A stretch of DNA of 63,900 nucleotides from Chara braunii (lineage: Eukaryota > Plantae > Charophyceae): assembly GCA_003427395.1 (NCBI GenBank), contig BFEA01000011.1, positions 2,353,076-2,416,975 of the forward strand. Direction: 5' to 3'. A model generated the notes under the pieces. That model did no database searches, was not told the DNA's origin, and saw only the letters and a program-made list of their open reading frames with translations. Position numbers and translations under genes: made by a program. Below are positions 23,976 to 35,900 of the stretch, one piece after another; the stretch's first letter is position 1, and each line of letters opens with the position of its first letter.

Positions 23976-26900
23976 TTACATGATTGGTTGGTAAGTTCCA
24001 CCGTGACCCTTGCGCAAAACAAGGGGCCCGGCTGTCTCTGGAACACGGTCCATCATTTGCATGCACATGTCAATTACATCCGGAAATCCAAGTGTGACGG
24101 TCGCCAGCTGTAATCGCAAGCGCATATCCTTGGCCTGCCTGAGCAGCAGCCTAAATGACCTGGACAAGTATCTTCCGGTCTCGACAGGCACTCCACCTGG
24201 GAACCATTTGGGAAACTCAGAGGAGGTCCCACGCGCCGTGACTTCGGCCCGGTACACCCGTGCAAGCTCCATGAGAAGCGCATTGGTGAATGGCAGCGCC
24301 GACGCATACTCGAGAATGTATTGTTCTCTGCCGGGAATCAGCACCTGATTCCAGATTGGAGAGACCCACTCCGCAGGCTGGTTGAGCCAATAGGCGTTGG
24401 CGACAACCAAAGCTTCTTGGAACTGAGTTTGCTCTGCCATCAGCCTCCTAGCAGCAGACTCGGAGAGCTGCAGCCACATCATGTCCGGCATGCGAAGCTG
24501 AAGAGAAAGCAGCGACGCCTGGGCAACGCACCGTGCAACTCCGACCCCACAATCTACCAACTTCCATGCCTCTGCTGCCTCAACATAAAGCTCCATGATG
24601 GCCAGAAGCTCATCGCTCTGGTCCAAGTTGCGCTTGGCGACCCAAAGTTTGACTCCTTCCTGTGCCGCGTTTTCCAGAGACTCGGCAATCTCGTGCGCCA
24701 TGTTGAACCTATGGTACACCACTGCCATGGACTCCATGTCATCAGGACGACAGCGCTTCAGTGCACTGAGGACAGCCATGCGGAACTCTCTGACACTTCC
24801 ACGTATTTGAGGTCCGCTGTCAGAAGCTGCTCCTTTCCCAAGCAGTAGCTCAAGCTGACCATTCTGAATCAACAAGTCGAAGAGGAAACGCAAGGCGCGG
24901 AAATTGCTCACCCCAGTGAGAAGCCGAGCCAACGGCCGAAAAGCCGAGTCCCGAACATACGCATTTGCTCTCTCAGCTGCCAATGTCATAAGCACATCAA
25001 TACCATCCAAGCATGCTGCCGAATCGTAGTAACGGTGTGCAAGGATCATCAACTCAACCTCACAGGCATGCGGGACATCATGTCCTCCGCTGATGACCAG
25101 CCTCATCAAGGCATGTCCAAGATCTGCGTCCTGTGGACACAGTTTTCCCCACTGTACAAAATCTGCCGGCCTCCAGATGAGAGGCGATGGCCCCTCTTCT
25201 CTGTCAGGAGCATCCAAGTACCCTCCACGGTGAGCTGCCAACACGCCTTTTAAGAAGGACTCCGCTAGTATTTTTGCGATCGTCGCAGAGTCCATGTGAC
25301 TCACGGACACAAGCGCATGGGCGATGGGAAGAGCGTCCTGGCCTTTGAGGGAGAGGAGCTGGAGCAACTCTGCTGGATTCTTCGAGGTAACTTCCGAATA
25401 CGAGATACCCAGATACTCTGCCACCTGGAATAGAGTGAGGATGCGGCGACAATGGCCCCGCCCGTGTCCGTCCTTGCACGCATTCATAATTTCCAGCAGA
25501 ATCTCCAATGGTGTGGCCTTCTGCAAGTCTTTGACAAACCCAGCTTTCTGAAGCTGCGACGTGACAGCCTGAGGAAGCACACAAGCTGCCTCACCGATCA
25601 GTGAACCAGCACTCGTTGAAGGCTTAGCATTAGGGGTCCCTCCTTTCGATAACCCAGTGCCTCCTCCACAGGCCTGTGCCACCTCCTCTGCTGTCTGCAC
25701 CATGAGAAGGAGCTCGGTCAGTTTCTCTTCTCTCTCGCTTGCTCCCAATGAGAATCTCTCCGCAAGAAGTCGAGCAGGACCAACCTGACCCTCTTCAAGC
25801 AGCACAAACATGGCCTTCTCTGCACCTCGCCCACTTCTCACTGCCTCTCCGACTGCACCATCGTCGATGTCCTCGTCCACAACTGAGCGACGATTACCAT
25901 TCCTTTCGCTTGCAGCACCTTCGTGGACATCCGGAGCAGCTTCCCCTCCATGGTGTTCTCTTTGGGGACCCGCCACTCTCGCTGCAACCCCTTCTCCACC
26001 ACTCACAGAGACAGCCATAACAACACCTTCCTGCGGGCCCACCATCTGTAAACCTTCATGACTCCTTTTTCCCTGCAAGCCGATGCTTGGTTTCCCCGTC
26101 TTCGGTTCCATGGGACTCGCTGTTTCTACCACGCTTCGCTGGATTGCCAAATCAATGGCAATCATTGCCTGTGCCGTCTCTGCAACTAGGGGCGACTCAC
26201 TGCCCTGTGGAAGGATGGGAGTTGAGCCATCAGCAGAGCTAGAAGAGGCAATGGCAGTGCCAGAGGTAGTTATAAACAACAACTGTGACCCTTCCCCCCT
26301 GTTTGCTGACGAAGCCTTTCCTAGGGCCTTGGACGATGTCGACGATCCCAGCAAAGAGTCGCCGCTGGCACGCAATTCAACAGCAAGCAACCAAATGCGC
26401 GTCTTCAGATCTTCTAGCTCAGAGATCGGGCGGCAAGGGGAGGACTCGCTAACAGACCCACTCCACCACTGCAAGCAGAGCAAGAGAACTCTGTGAAGCT
26501 CCCTCTGAAAGTCGGCCTCCTCCAGCTCCTTAGCATGGCGCATGAAGAACCCCCCAGCCTTGCTGGGTGCGAGTTTATGTTTGAGAAACAGGGAGTGGCA
26601 GTGGCCCCAAACAGCAAGCCTCTCCTCCGCATCATCCCAGAGGAGATCTCTCCATTCTTCCAGCAGCGCCTCGGCCTGAGTGAGAGTTACTCGATCATAT
26701 GCATGTTCAATTTCGCCAGCATACCTGTCGCACTCTTCGGCCCATCTATGTGCAGCATCCCATTGGTCAGCATCCTCCAAAGCATCCAAGATGCCATCAA
26801 CCCCCAGAGCCGCAGAACTCGCCTCCTCGGCTTCTTCCTCCTCCCCTTCATAATCTTCCATCCCCCTATCCTCTTGATCTACATCATGCCACTCATGATG

Positions 26901-29900
26901 ATCCCCCTTCTCCCCTCCTCCCTCTTGCGAAGTCTGTATCCACTTGTCGTTCAGTCCAGCATGCTCAATAATTTCCTCAGCTACATAGAGATGGCGGTAG
27001 CTCTCGCCAGCACACGCATTGCGAAGGCAGAAACTTTCTTCTCCTCTCATTTCTCCCTTGTTTCTCTTTCCGCCCATACTCAGACGACACCCGTGCCTCA
27101 CCAGTGCTTTGTATATCGTCCCTAGACGGGACCTACTACCATCCATGTCAACTTCACCCCCATTCCTCTTCAGGAGACTCTCGCTCCTTCCCTCCTCCCC
27201 TCCTCCCTCCCCAAAATCTATGCCCGCCAGCAGACTTAACAAACACCTGCGTTCATAACTGGTTGGGACTGCATCTAGTGTGGAATCTGCAGCAGCAACG
27301 GCAACAGCCGAAAGCCACACAGTTTTCACCTCTCTCTCCTCTATTGTTTTACATGCCGATCGCTCTTGAGCAAGGTTCACCGAGAAAGCGTGCAGCTGAT
27401 TCCTGGCCTCCAAGAGACGCATCTGGGAGAACGCCTGCAGAAAGAGAAGAAAGTTCAGTAACGGTGATGTGGGCATGAACAACTCAAATGCCCTCAGAAG
27501 AAGATGGAAATACTTCTCCTTGCATAGGAGGGACGTCATTGCAACAAGGTGTGACCCCTTGTACCGTCTCCTGAAGCAGTCTCCTCTTCCTGACAGGAAT
27601 TGCTGTTTCCTTCCTCCAACAGTTGTCTTGGATGGTGCTGTATCTGCCGCAGCAATAGTACCATTCCTGTTAAAACTCCTCCTCCTTCTGACTCCCTCTA
27701 GTGGTGGTTCGTCAGAAGTGGCACTGGCATCGGACTCCGCACTGTAGAATGTGCCATCACTACCTAGCGAGCCTTGCCGTGCAAGTAGGTTTTCTGTGCC
27801 ATTCCCACCCTCCCCTCCACCGGTTGATAATGGTTGCAAAGCAGAGTGATGAGACGTGGATGACACACACGTCAGTGCATCCGAAGACTGCTTTGAAATC
27901 CGACCCTTTCTGGCAGGTGCCACAAGGACCTCCCTCCGTTGCCTCTTCCTAGGCCTCTGCTCCGGAGTGGTCAATTCAACTGTCCCGTACAAACCCACAC
28001 CGTTCGTCCCTGCCACGGATCGGTTTTCATAATCACCTTGAAAACCTTCTGTCCGCAATTCCGTCTCTGCAGCTATTGCAGCGCTGCTGGTTTCTCGATT
28101 GTCCAAATCACCAGCACCTGAGGTCAGCCCCACTAAGCTGCTGCCATCGTTGTCCTCCACATCATCATAAACAGTTGCTGTAGCAGCTACACCATCGCTA
28201 GCAGGTGGACATGTCGTGGGAAGAGGAGCCGTAAGAAACGCAGGGTCTGAAATCGCTGGTATTATTCTAAGACTTACAGCTACAATCTCGATCCAACAAA
28301 TCAAACAGTCCAGGGGAGAAACATCGTCGAAACAAGATGCCACAACTGCTAGCAACGACCACCTCTCCTCTCTTGCACGCTGGAGGAGGGCTTTGCCTGG
28401 ATGTGTGAGTGCTTCACACTCTCCCACCACACTGAAGAGCTCAGAGAGTGGCGGTCCACCGGCATAAGGGCCCCACAGCCATCCATCCTTGTCCACAAAA
28501 CCCTTTGCGACCCTGGCAGTTGCGGGAAAGACGGGGGAAGAAAGAGAGTGGGCAGTAGTAGTAGTAGGGGTGCCCCCCCCGCCTGCTCTCGCTGCACACA
28601 TTGCAACAGTATCCCTTGTGTTCTGCTGGACAGCTAGTCTACTACTCCGCTGCAGCATAACTCCCGCCGACAACACTGGTTGATGGAGAGTTGGTGGGAT
28701 CAGTGCTTCAGAAGTTGTTGCCATGGCTTGAAGATTGTCGAGCACTATTATAATATGACTGCGGAGCCCTGGATCCGTGAACTCCGCAGCTGCAAGAGAC
28801 CGCACCTGGGCCAGAGAATATCCTCCTGCCTGCGCCTCTGCCAAGAAACCAATCCAGTCGTTCTCTTCAGCAAGACGGCGCAGGTAAGTGGTCCTCGGAG
28901 AGATGTGATGAATCTTGCAGAAAGCTGACATCAACGCCCACCGGTCACTCGTGACTCGTTGTTCACCCCTCATTTTGGACCAATCACCACCCACTTTGCC
29001 AGCCAACCAACCACCTATGGAAGCTGCAGAGGAGGGGAGCCACATTGTGATCGTGGATGCAGCAGTGGCAACTCCAGAAGCACCCCTTTCTGCACCAGAT
29101 GCCGCAGCTGACCTTGCGTCACTACCATCACCGCCTTGATTACCTTCTGACAAAACACTTGCTAGCTCCAAGTATTTCAACATCGCCATAACCACACTAC
29201 TCGCCTTCGGCCGTAGGGTTCCTCCTGCACCCACTGATGCACCTCCAGGTTGATCCCTTTCCCCTCCCGCAACATCCACCACCGGATATGCACCTATTCC
29301 TCCCACCCTGTACTCATCCCCCAACCCTCGGGCAAGCGCACCGGCCACATCATCGATCAACGAGTCCACTGACATTCCCAGCACAGACGCTGTCTCCTCG
29401 AGATTTACCCTCCTGCTCTCGGATAAGCCCAGCCGCCCTTGCTGGGTGTTGACGAGTTGCCTCTTGCCCATGAACTGGGAAATGCGATGCAATGCTGCCA
29501 CATCTACATGTAGGTTGAGAGTTGGAGCCCCGCAGAGATCCAACAGGCAAGCACACGCCGTCACGACTGCAGTGTTGTTGTACTCCTGCAATGCAATTGG
29601 CATAACAATGGAGAACAAATCGTCCTCCTCCTCTACCGACAGCGGCACAAGCAATGCCATTGTTTCCTCATCTGACTTGTGTTGATCCTGTTGGTTATCA
29701 TCATTGATCAGCATCCCCCCAACTGCATCACCTCCTGCGGACTTAGATGATTGTTTTTCCCCCACAACGTGGTTGGTGTTGCTGCTCCTGGTGCCCCCAG
29801 CAGGGCTCTTTCTGTCCAAACGTCGAGCCAGAAAGCAGTCAAAAGCCTTCAATGGTCGGTTTTGCAGGAGGTAATACTCCATCCCCATGGCAACTTCCTG

Positions 29901-32900
29901 AGAAGACGGAGAATAGAAGGTCTGTTCAGTGACCCGCTGCAGCCACCGCTCCCAAGCGGACACCTCTGCTTCCAGTAGCACAATGGACGAATCCGAGTCA
30001 ACGTTCTTTCTCATGCCTTGCATTCCAGCCATCTCAGAGACAGCTGCAGCAACGAGTGCCTCCCTCGTCTCCCATGACCAGGACTTACCGTCCGCGGCAG
30101 GGCCGCCAACTGCCATAGCCAAGAGCTTCCGCAAGTTCCAAGGAAAGCTAGGTGGCAGCATTCGTAGCAGGGAAGTGTCCCCTCTCCACGAACTAAAGAA
30201 CTGCTGCCGCCACACCAAATACGTTGACAGCTGTTTGCTTTCCTCAGCTGCATACTCATTTTGAGGAGCAGACCAAAACAAAGACCAGAGAGATGTACCC
30301 CGGCCCTCAACATCTTGTCGACTCCCTTCCACATCTGTCCTCCCCCTTTTCACCTCTTCTTCCAAAGCTCTCCGTAACGTTGGATACTCTTTGAGCCCCG
30401 CCAACAGTCTATCTACCCTGCAGAACCAAGAAGGCCTTGAAGGAGGAGCAGGATTGAAAAACGGCAACAACTCCTGGTTTCCATCCTCAGCAGCTGCAGC
30501 AGCAGCAGCAGCACCACCACCACCACCACCTAGGTACGCTGTTCTCTCGCTCGTATACTGCACATGTGCGCCAGGTCGGCCTAATAGTGATCCCATCAAG
30601 CCATCATCATGAATACCATCATCATCATCAACGCCATCATCAACACCATCATCAATGCCCTCATCAATGCCCTCATCAATGCCCTCATCCGCACAATCAC
30701 CCCCATCCTCGAGTCGAGCCGTGCTCGGCGAAGGAGTATGCTCGGAGGGTGACGTGGGCATCATCCATTCTGCTGTGTTGTTGTCAAAGCAAGAGTGGAC
30801 CGCCGGCACCAAGCAGCTTTCCAATGGCACAGGGGCATGAACAAGCATGGCTAGTGCCACCATGATAGCGTCGTCGCCTCCCTCTCTGGCAATGCCGTCG
30901 ACCGTCAGATATTCAAGCAGCTTATCGTCCCGTTCATCGCCATCAGCATGACGATGACCCACATCGTCAGGACAAGTTGCGGAAGCAGAGAGGGAAGAAG
31001 AGACGACACCTGCCTGCTGTGTCTGACAACGGTGAAGGCGGCGAAGATTGAGTGTAAAACGCGCATTTGCGAGAGAAGCTTCGTACTCGGAAGACTCCCC
31101 TAGGCGCGAGAGAATGAGCCAATGAGCCCAGTGGCAATCGCCCGCCGCGACCCGAAACAAGCCTACAGAAGACGAATCCAAACCCAGACAATGGTGATCT
31201 AAATATAGCTGCAGCACGTGAGGCAGATTCTGCTTCACGCATTGCTGCACAACGAGGGGATGGACCCCCTCTATCGCCGCGGGTAATGATTCTTCCAAGC
31301 TGCCTTCTCGGGCCGCCGATGCCCGGGTACCTGCCGAGCCTTGGGCCTTCTTCCATGCTGCTGCTGGTGCTCGTAGTTTTTTCTGTGCCGGCATGAACAC
31401 CCCCGCCCTAGCCAACAATGTCAAAAGCTCAGAAGCCTTCCACGACTGCCTTGGGAGGAAAATGCGATACCTTGCGAGGATCTCTGCCATCGTCGCATAC
31501 AGAGTCTGCGTGCACAGTGGACCCAGGTCCACGTTCAACAACTTCACCTCCCCGATCACAAAATGAACCTGCTCCAGGGTAGTGACTTCAGGTTCAAAAA
31601 AGCGGGTATCACCGACCCCCCACTTGTCCCCTCCCGGGTGGGTCTCTTTCTCAGCAGCACCCGTTCCACTGGCCTCTCTAGCATCCGCCAGAGCAATGTC
31701 ATCCTCCCATCCGACTGTGCTCAAGCCCACCTGTTGCTGCCTCTGGCCCTTCTTTTGCCCGCAACGACTTCCTCCTCCATCCTCCTGAAACTCCTCAAGG
31801 GAGACCTGGAGCTCAGCAGATTGCAAGTACGCGTCTGGAATGCTCTGCACAGGAAGCTTCTGCAGCTGTCCAATATCGTCATGTGCCACGAGTAGCTGCA
31901 GCTTCGCCTCCCAGACAAACGGCCCAGCTGGTACGATACCCCTTTCCAAGAAGATGCGGGCCAGAGTGAATCGATCCCACTGCCCAACCCATGTCGCAGC
32001 AACTGTCAGGTACCCACTTCTGCGAAACAGACTCTCTTCATCTTCGTCACTCTCTTCCGCGCCTTCTTCTTGTCCTCCTCCTCCTCCTCCCAACTCCTCT
32101 GTATCCTTCTTCCCCCCTCCTCTGCGTTCTCCTTCCCCTCCTCTTGCTTCTTTTCCTCCTCCTCCTCCTCCTACTACTACTGTTTTTGTCATTACCCCTT
32201 CTGCTGCTGCGGCTCTTGTACTGCCACTGTTTCCCTTCCCCCAGGTCCCCAGCACGACGCCATCCACCTCCCCAAACTCCACGTTAAGCATGCCGCCTTC
32301 GACTGATGTCCCCTCTACGACTCTCTCCCCTCCTCGTCCTGGCTGCGGAGCTGCAGCCGCATCGTCGTCAGATGCGTCTATGGGCGCAAACACTCCCTTG
32401 CGCACACCATATGCATCTTCAAAACTCGGATTGGGATAGGCCAATTCCAGCCCCTCGACAGTCTGGAGGAGCCGAGCATCCTTGACGGTCAGCATGCCCC
32501 TCGACTCTAGCTCCTTGGCCGCCATTCTGCGAAGATCTCTCCTTAAGCAGCCAAAAGCCAGATCTCTGAGGACGCTCTCCACGTCGTGACCCAATCTCCG
32601 CAGGGCCACTATCGCTGTGTTCACTTTCCCCTTGGCAAACAGGTCGTAGACGATCCCCTGAGCTATTTCCTGCACCTCTTCGAATACCTTATCTGTCTCT
32701 GTCAGGGCCTCCTTCCCTCCTGATGCCCTCTCCTCCCCCCCTTTACCAGCAGCTCCCCCCGTTCTCTGTCTCTGCTGCGAGGAGGAGGAGGATGCCTGCT
32801 CGCGCCCATCGGGCCCCTGCTCTCTTTGCAAATGAAACCCACCTTCCTGAGAGTCGACCGGCTTCCTTTGCTGCAAGTAGACTACGGCAAGCGCCACCCG

Positions 32901-35900
32901 TCCGGACTTCAACGCATCCTTCACAACCACGGCTTTGTCACACCGATCCCGTTCCCAGCGGGCGAACATCTCCCCGGGCGTTTCCACATGCGGGCGGCGC
33001 AGGACCACGCTGGACGAATTCTCCTCGACAGACGAAGTGCCCATCGCTGCATCCGCGGACCTGCTCCCCCCTCCGACTGCAGCTAAGCTTAGGCTGAGAC
33101 CCGAACCCGTGCGCGGAAAACCCTGTCCACCGCCGACGCCGGCCACAACCAAGCTCCCGCCTTCCGCCGCCGCTCTTGACCGCGGTGTATCGCCTCTCAA
33201 CGACCCGCCCGACGCCGTCGTGACGGCAAGAAGATTGTGCGAGGAGGATCCCTTGGCCTGTGTCCTCGTCTGAAGCCGTCGTACCGTTTGCAAGTAATTA
33301 CTTATGTCCCTCAGTTCCTGTCGGGCGACCGCTCTGGGACTTGAAGAAGAAGCTCCTCCTGGCTGAGAGCTAGGGGATCGTTCCTTGCTGGCCACCCCGT
33401 GGGGGAGACCTGATGACGGAAGAGATCGATTCCTCTCATCAGTGGGACTGGCGCTGGGGAATCCCGATGGCAACGGCGCAGCGTCTGCCACCGAGGGAAC
33501 TGCTGCTGCGGAGGAGGAGGAGGAGGAGGAGGAGGAGGTCGACGATGGTGTTGATCCTGATCGACCTCTTGACGCCCCATCATCCCCGCGCTTGGACCTC
33601 TCTTTCTCTGTCGGCGTATCAGGACGTGCTTCCGTCCTCGTCTTCTGCAGCCAAAAGTGGCGGCTACGGAGTTCTCTCATCGCGTGTGTACGAATCACCC
33701 CCGAGGCAAACCGCGCAGCCACGGCCAGCAGCTTAGCGGCCTGCACTTGATCCTTGCTGTCCTGAGGCGTGTTATGCATAAGATCGACGGCTGCAAAGAC
33801 GAGCCTACGCAATGCAGGTCGCGAGGCCTTCGCCATAGCCAGTTCCTCCAAAGCCCTCTCTATGGGTCCCATCTGGTTATGGGACAAGGCAATCTCCAGA
33901 CTGCGTAACTTCAATGGCAAGGGATCCCATCCGTTCAACGAGAGCAAGAGATCGGCTTGCTTAGAGCCATCGAAGATGAGCGTGCGCTCCAGAACCGCCA
34001 TTTTCCAGCAATTGGCAGCTAAGAGCTGTTGCTGCTCTTTATGATTCTGCACGTTGCGCCAGGAGGAGACTTCTTCTTCTTCTTTCTCCTTCCCCTCTTC
34101 CTCCTCCTCCCCCTTCTTCTCCCCGCAAGGGCGCCCCGCCTCTCCTCTGGACCTTCCCCCCCCCTGATGCCCTCCCTCTCCCTCTGCCATCATCAAGGTC
34201 ATCGCGTCGCGCAGTCTCCCGTAACTACGATTCCCGCCAGCCTGCTTCTCGCGCTGAGTCCCCCGCTGCTGGAAAAGTGGAGGCAGGAGTGCGAAGAGTC
34301 CCCCGCTGCTGGCGACGTACAGTCTCGATCCCACGCGTACCGGGATCGCACTCTCCTCACCTCCCAGAGCAGCTATCGTCGCGCTCCACATCCCCGTTTC
34401 TTCGCTAAGTGAGCCCTCTTGCCCGCGACCTACTCGGCAGTCGTCGCCTGCGTGCGCTGCCACCCGAAACCGAAACCACCCAATCGCATACCCCTTGCCT
34501 CCGTCCAAAGAATACAACCCCACGATGGCAAGGGGGGTTAGGACGAAATCCAACAGCTCCCCGCTCTTCCACGGAGGGAGAAACACCGACCTGCTCGCCA
34601 TCGTCGCAGTGGGGGGCAGTTCCTTCATCGACCACCAATCTCTGCCGCTCCTGCTATGTTGTTGATCATCAAGCGATGAGCTCCGTTCAGGAGGGAATAC
34701 GCCGGTGCCATTCCGCAACCGTGTGCTCCTCGCACCACCTTCTCCTCCTCCTCCTCCTCGTGTCGGCCCCGCCTTGTCCTCCTCTATTTTCCTCCCCTTG
34801 AGACCAAAGCTCAATGGGCCGATATCCATTCCCGCTGCTTCCCAGGGGAAACAACACGCCATTTTCCTCCTGCAGCCTTCCTGACCCGTAGTAGGGGGCC
34901 CGACAAGCACGAGCGCCGATCCCGACGAAGCCGATGATGTGTCATCATCGCCCTCCCTCTTCCACGGGCTCTCCGCCGCAAGCCCGGCAGCGTACACAAC
35001 TCCCCTCTCGTCCGCAATAGCGACGAGTTTGCAATCGCCGCTGAGTTTCATTTTCCTAAACACCGCCCGCTCTTCGCGAGATCGCCCCCCACGATTCCGC
35101 ACGTCCAGATCCCTACTCTCGTTTAACGGCGGCGACGATGCAGGAGGAGGGAGGGCCGCCACCCCCGTCGCCGCCGCCGACCCCGACGTCACTCCGCCCA
35201 TATCTCTACTGGCTGCGGCTCGACGAAGCAGGCAACCCCCGGCACCGATCCCGCACTTCAAGGGTACGTCAATCACCGCCAGAGGGCGCCCTCCTCCCGC
35301 CCGCGCGCTCCACGTGTACACGCAACCATCCGCACGGAGAGCGAAGAAGGACCCCCCCCCCACCCCGTAGGACACGAAATGGGGAACGCAGGTTGCCACA
35401 TTGCCCCCGCGGCGAAGATCGACGGCGGACATCGCCTCTAGGCTTGATACGTGAACACTCATTATAATCGCAACTCGCGGAAGACGCGCCAATATCACGC
35501 TATGATCGAGATCCTCAACCGAACCAAGAGGAGTAGTAGGCGGACTAAGAGGGGCAGGAGGAGGAGGTTCGCCCTTCACACCTACTCCCTCCGTAACGAT
35601 CATTGCTAACATGTGCTTGCGTTCGTCGGCTACGATCTCGGTGATAACACCTGTCTGGGAGAGAGGCCGGGTCTTCGCCGTCGTCTGCGGCGGCTGAGGC
35701 GGAGACGCGCCATTCTCCCCCCGCCTTGCCACCGCTGAGCTCGAAGAAGAAGCAGCGGGGTGGTGTTCTTCCAACGGAGTTTCTCTCGTGCTTGCGACCT
35801 CCGCGAAGGACATTAAAGTGCCATAGCCTGCCGAAGTCCTGCTCAGACGAAGTGCCACGTGGCGCGCATCGCGCGAGAGAGACGCCGTGTCTGGCAATCT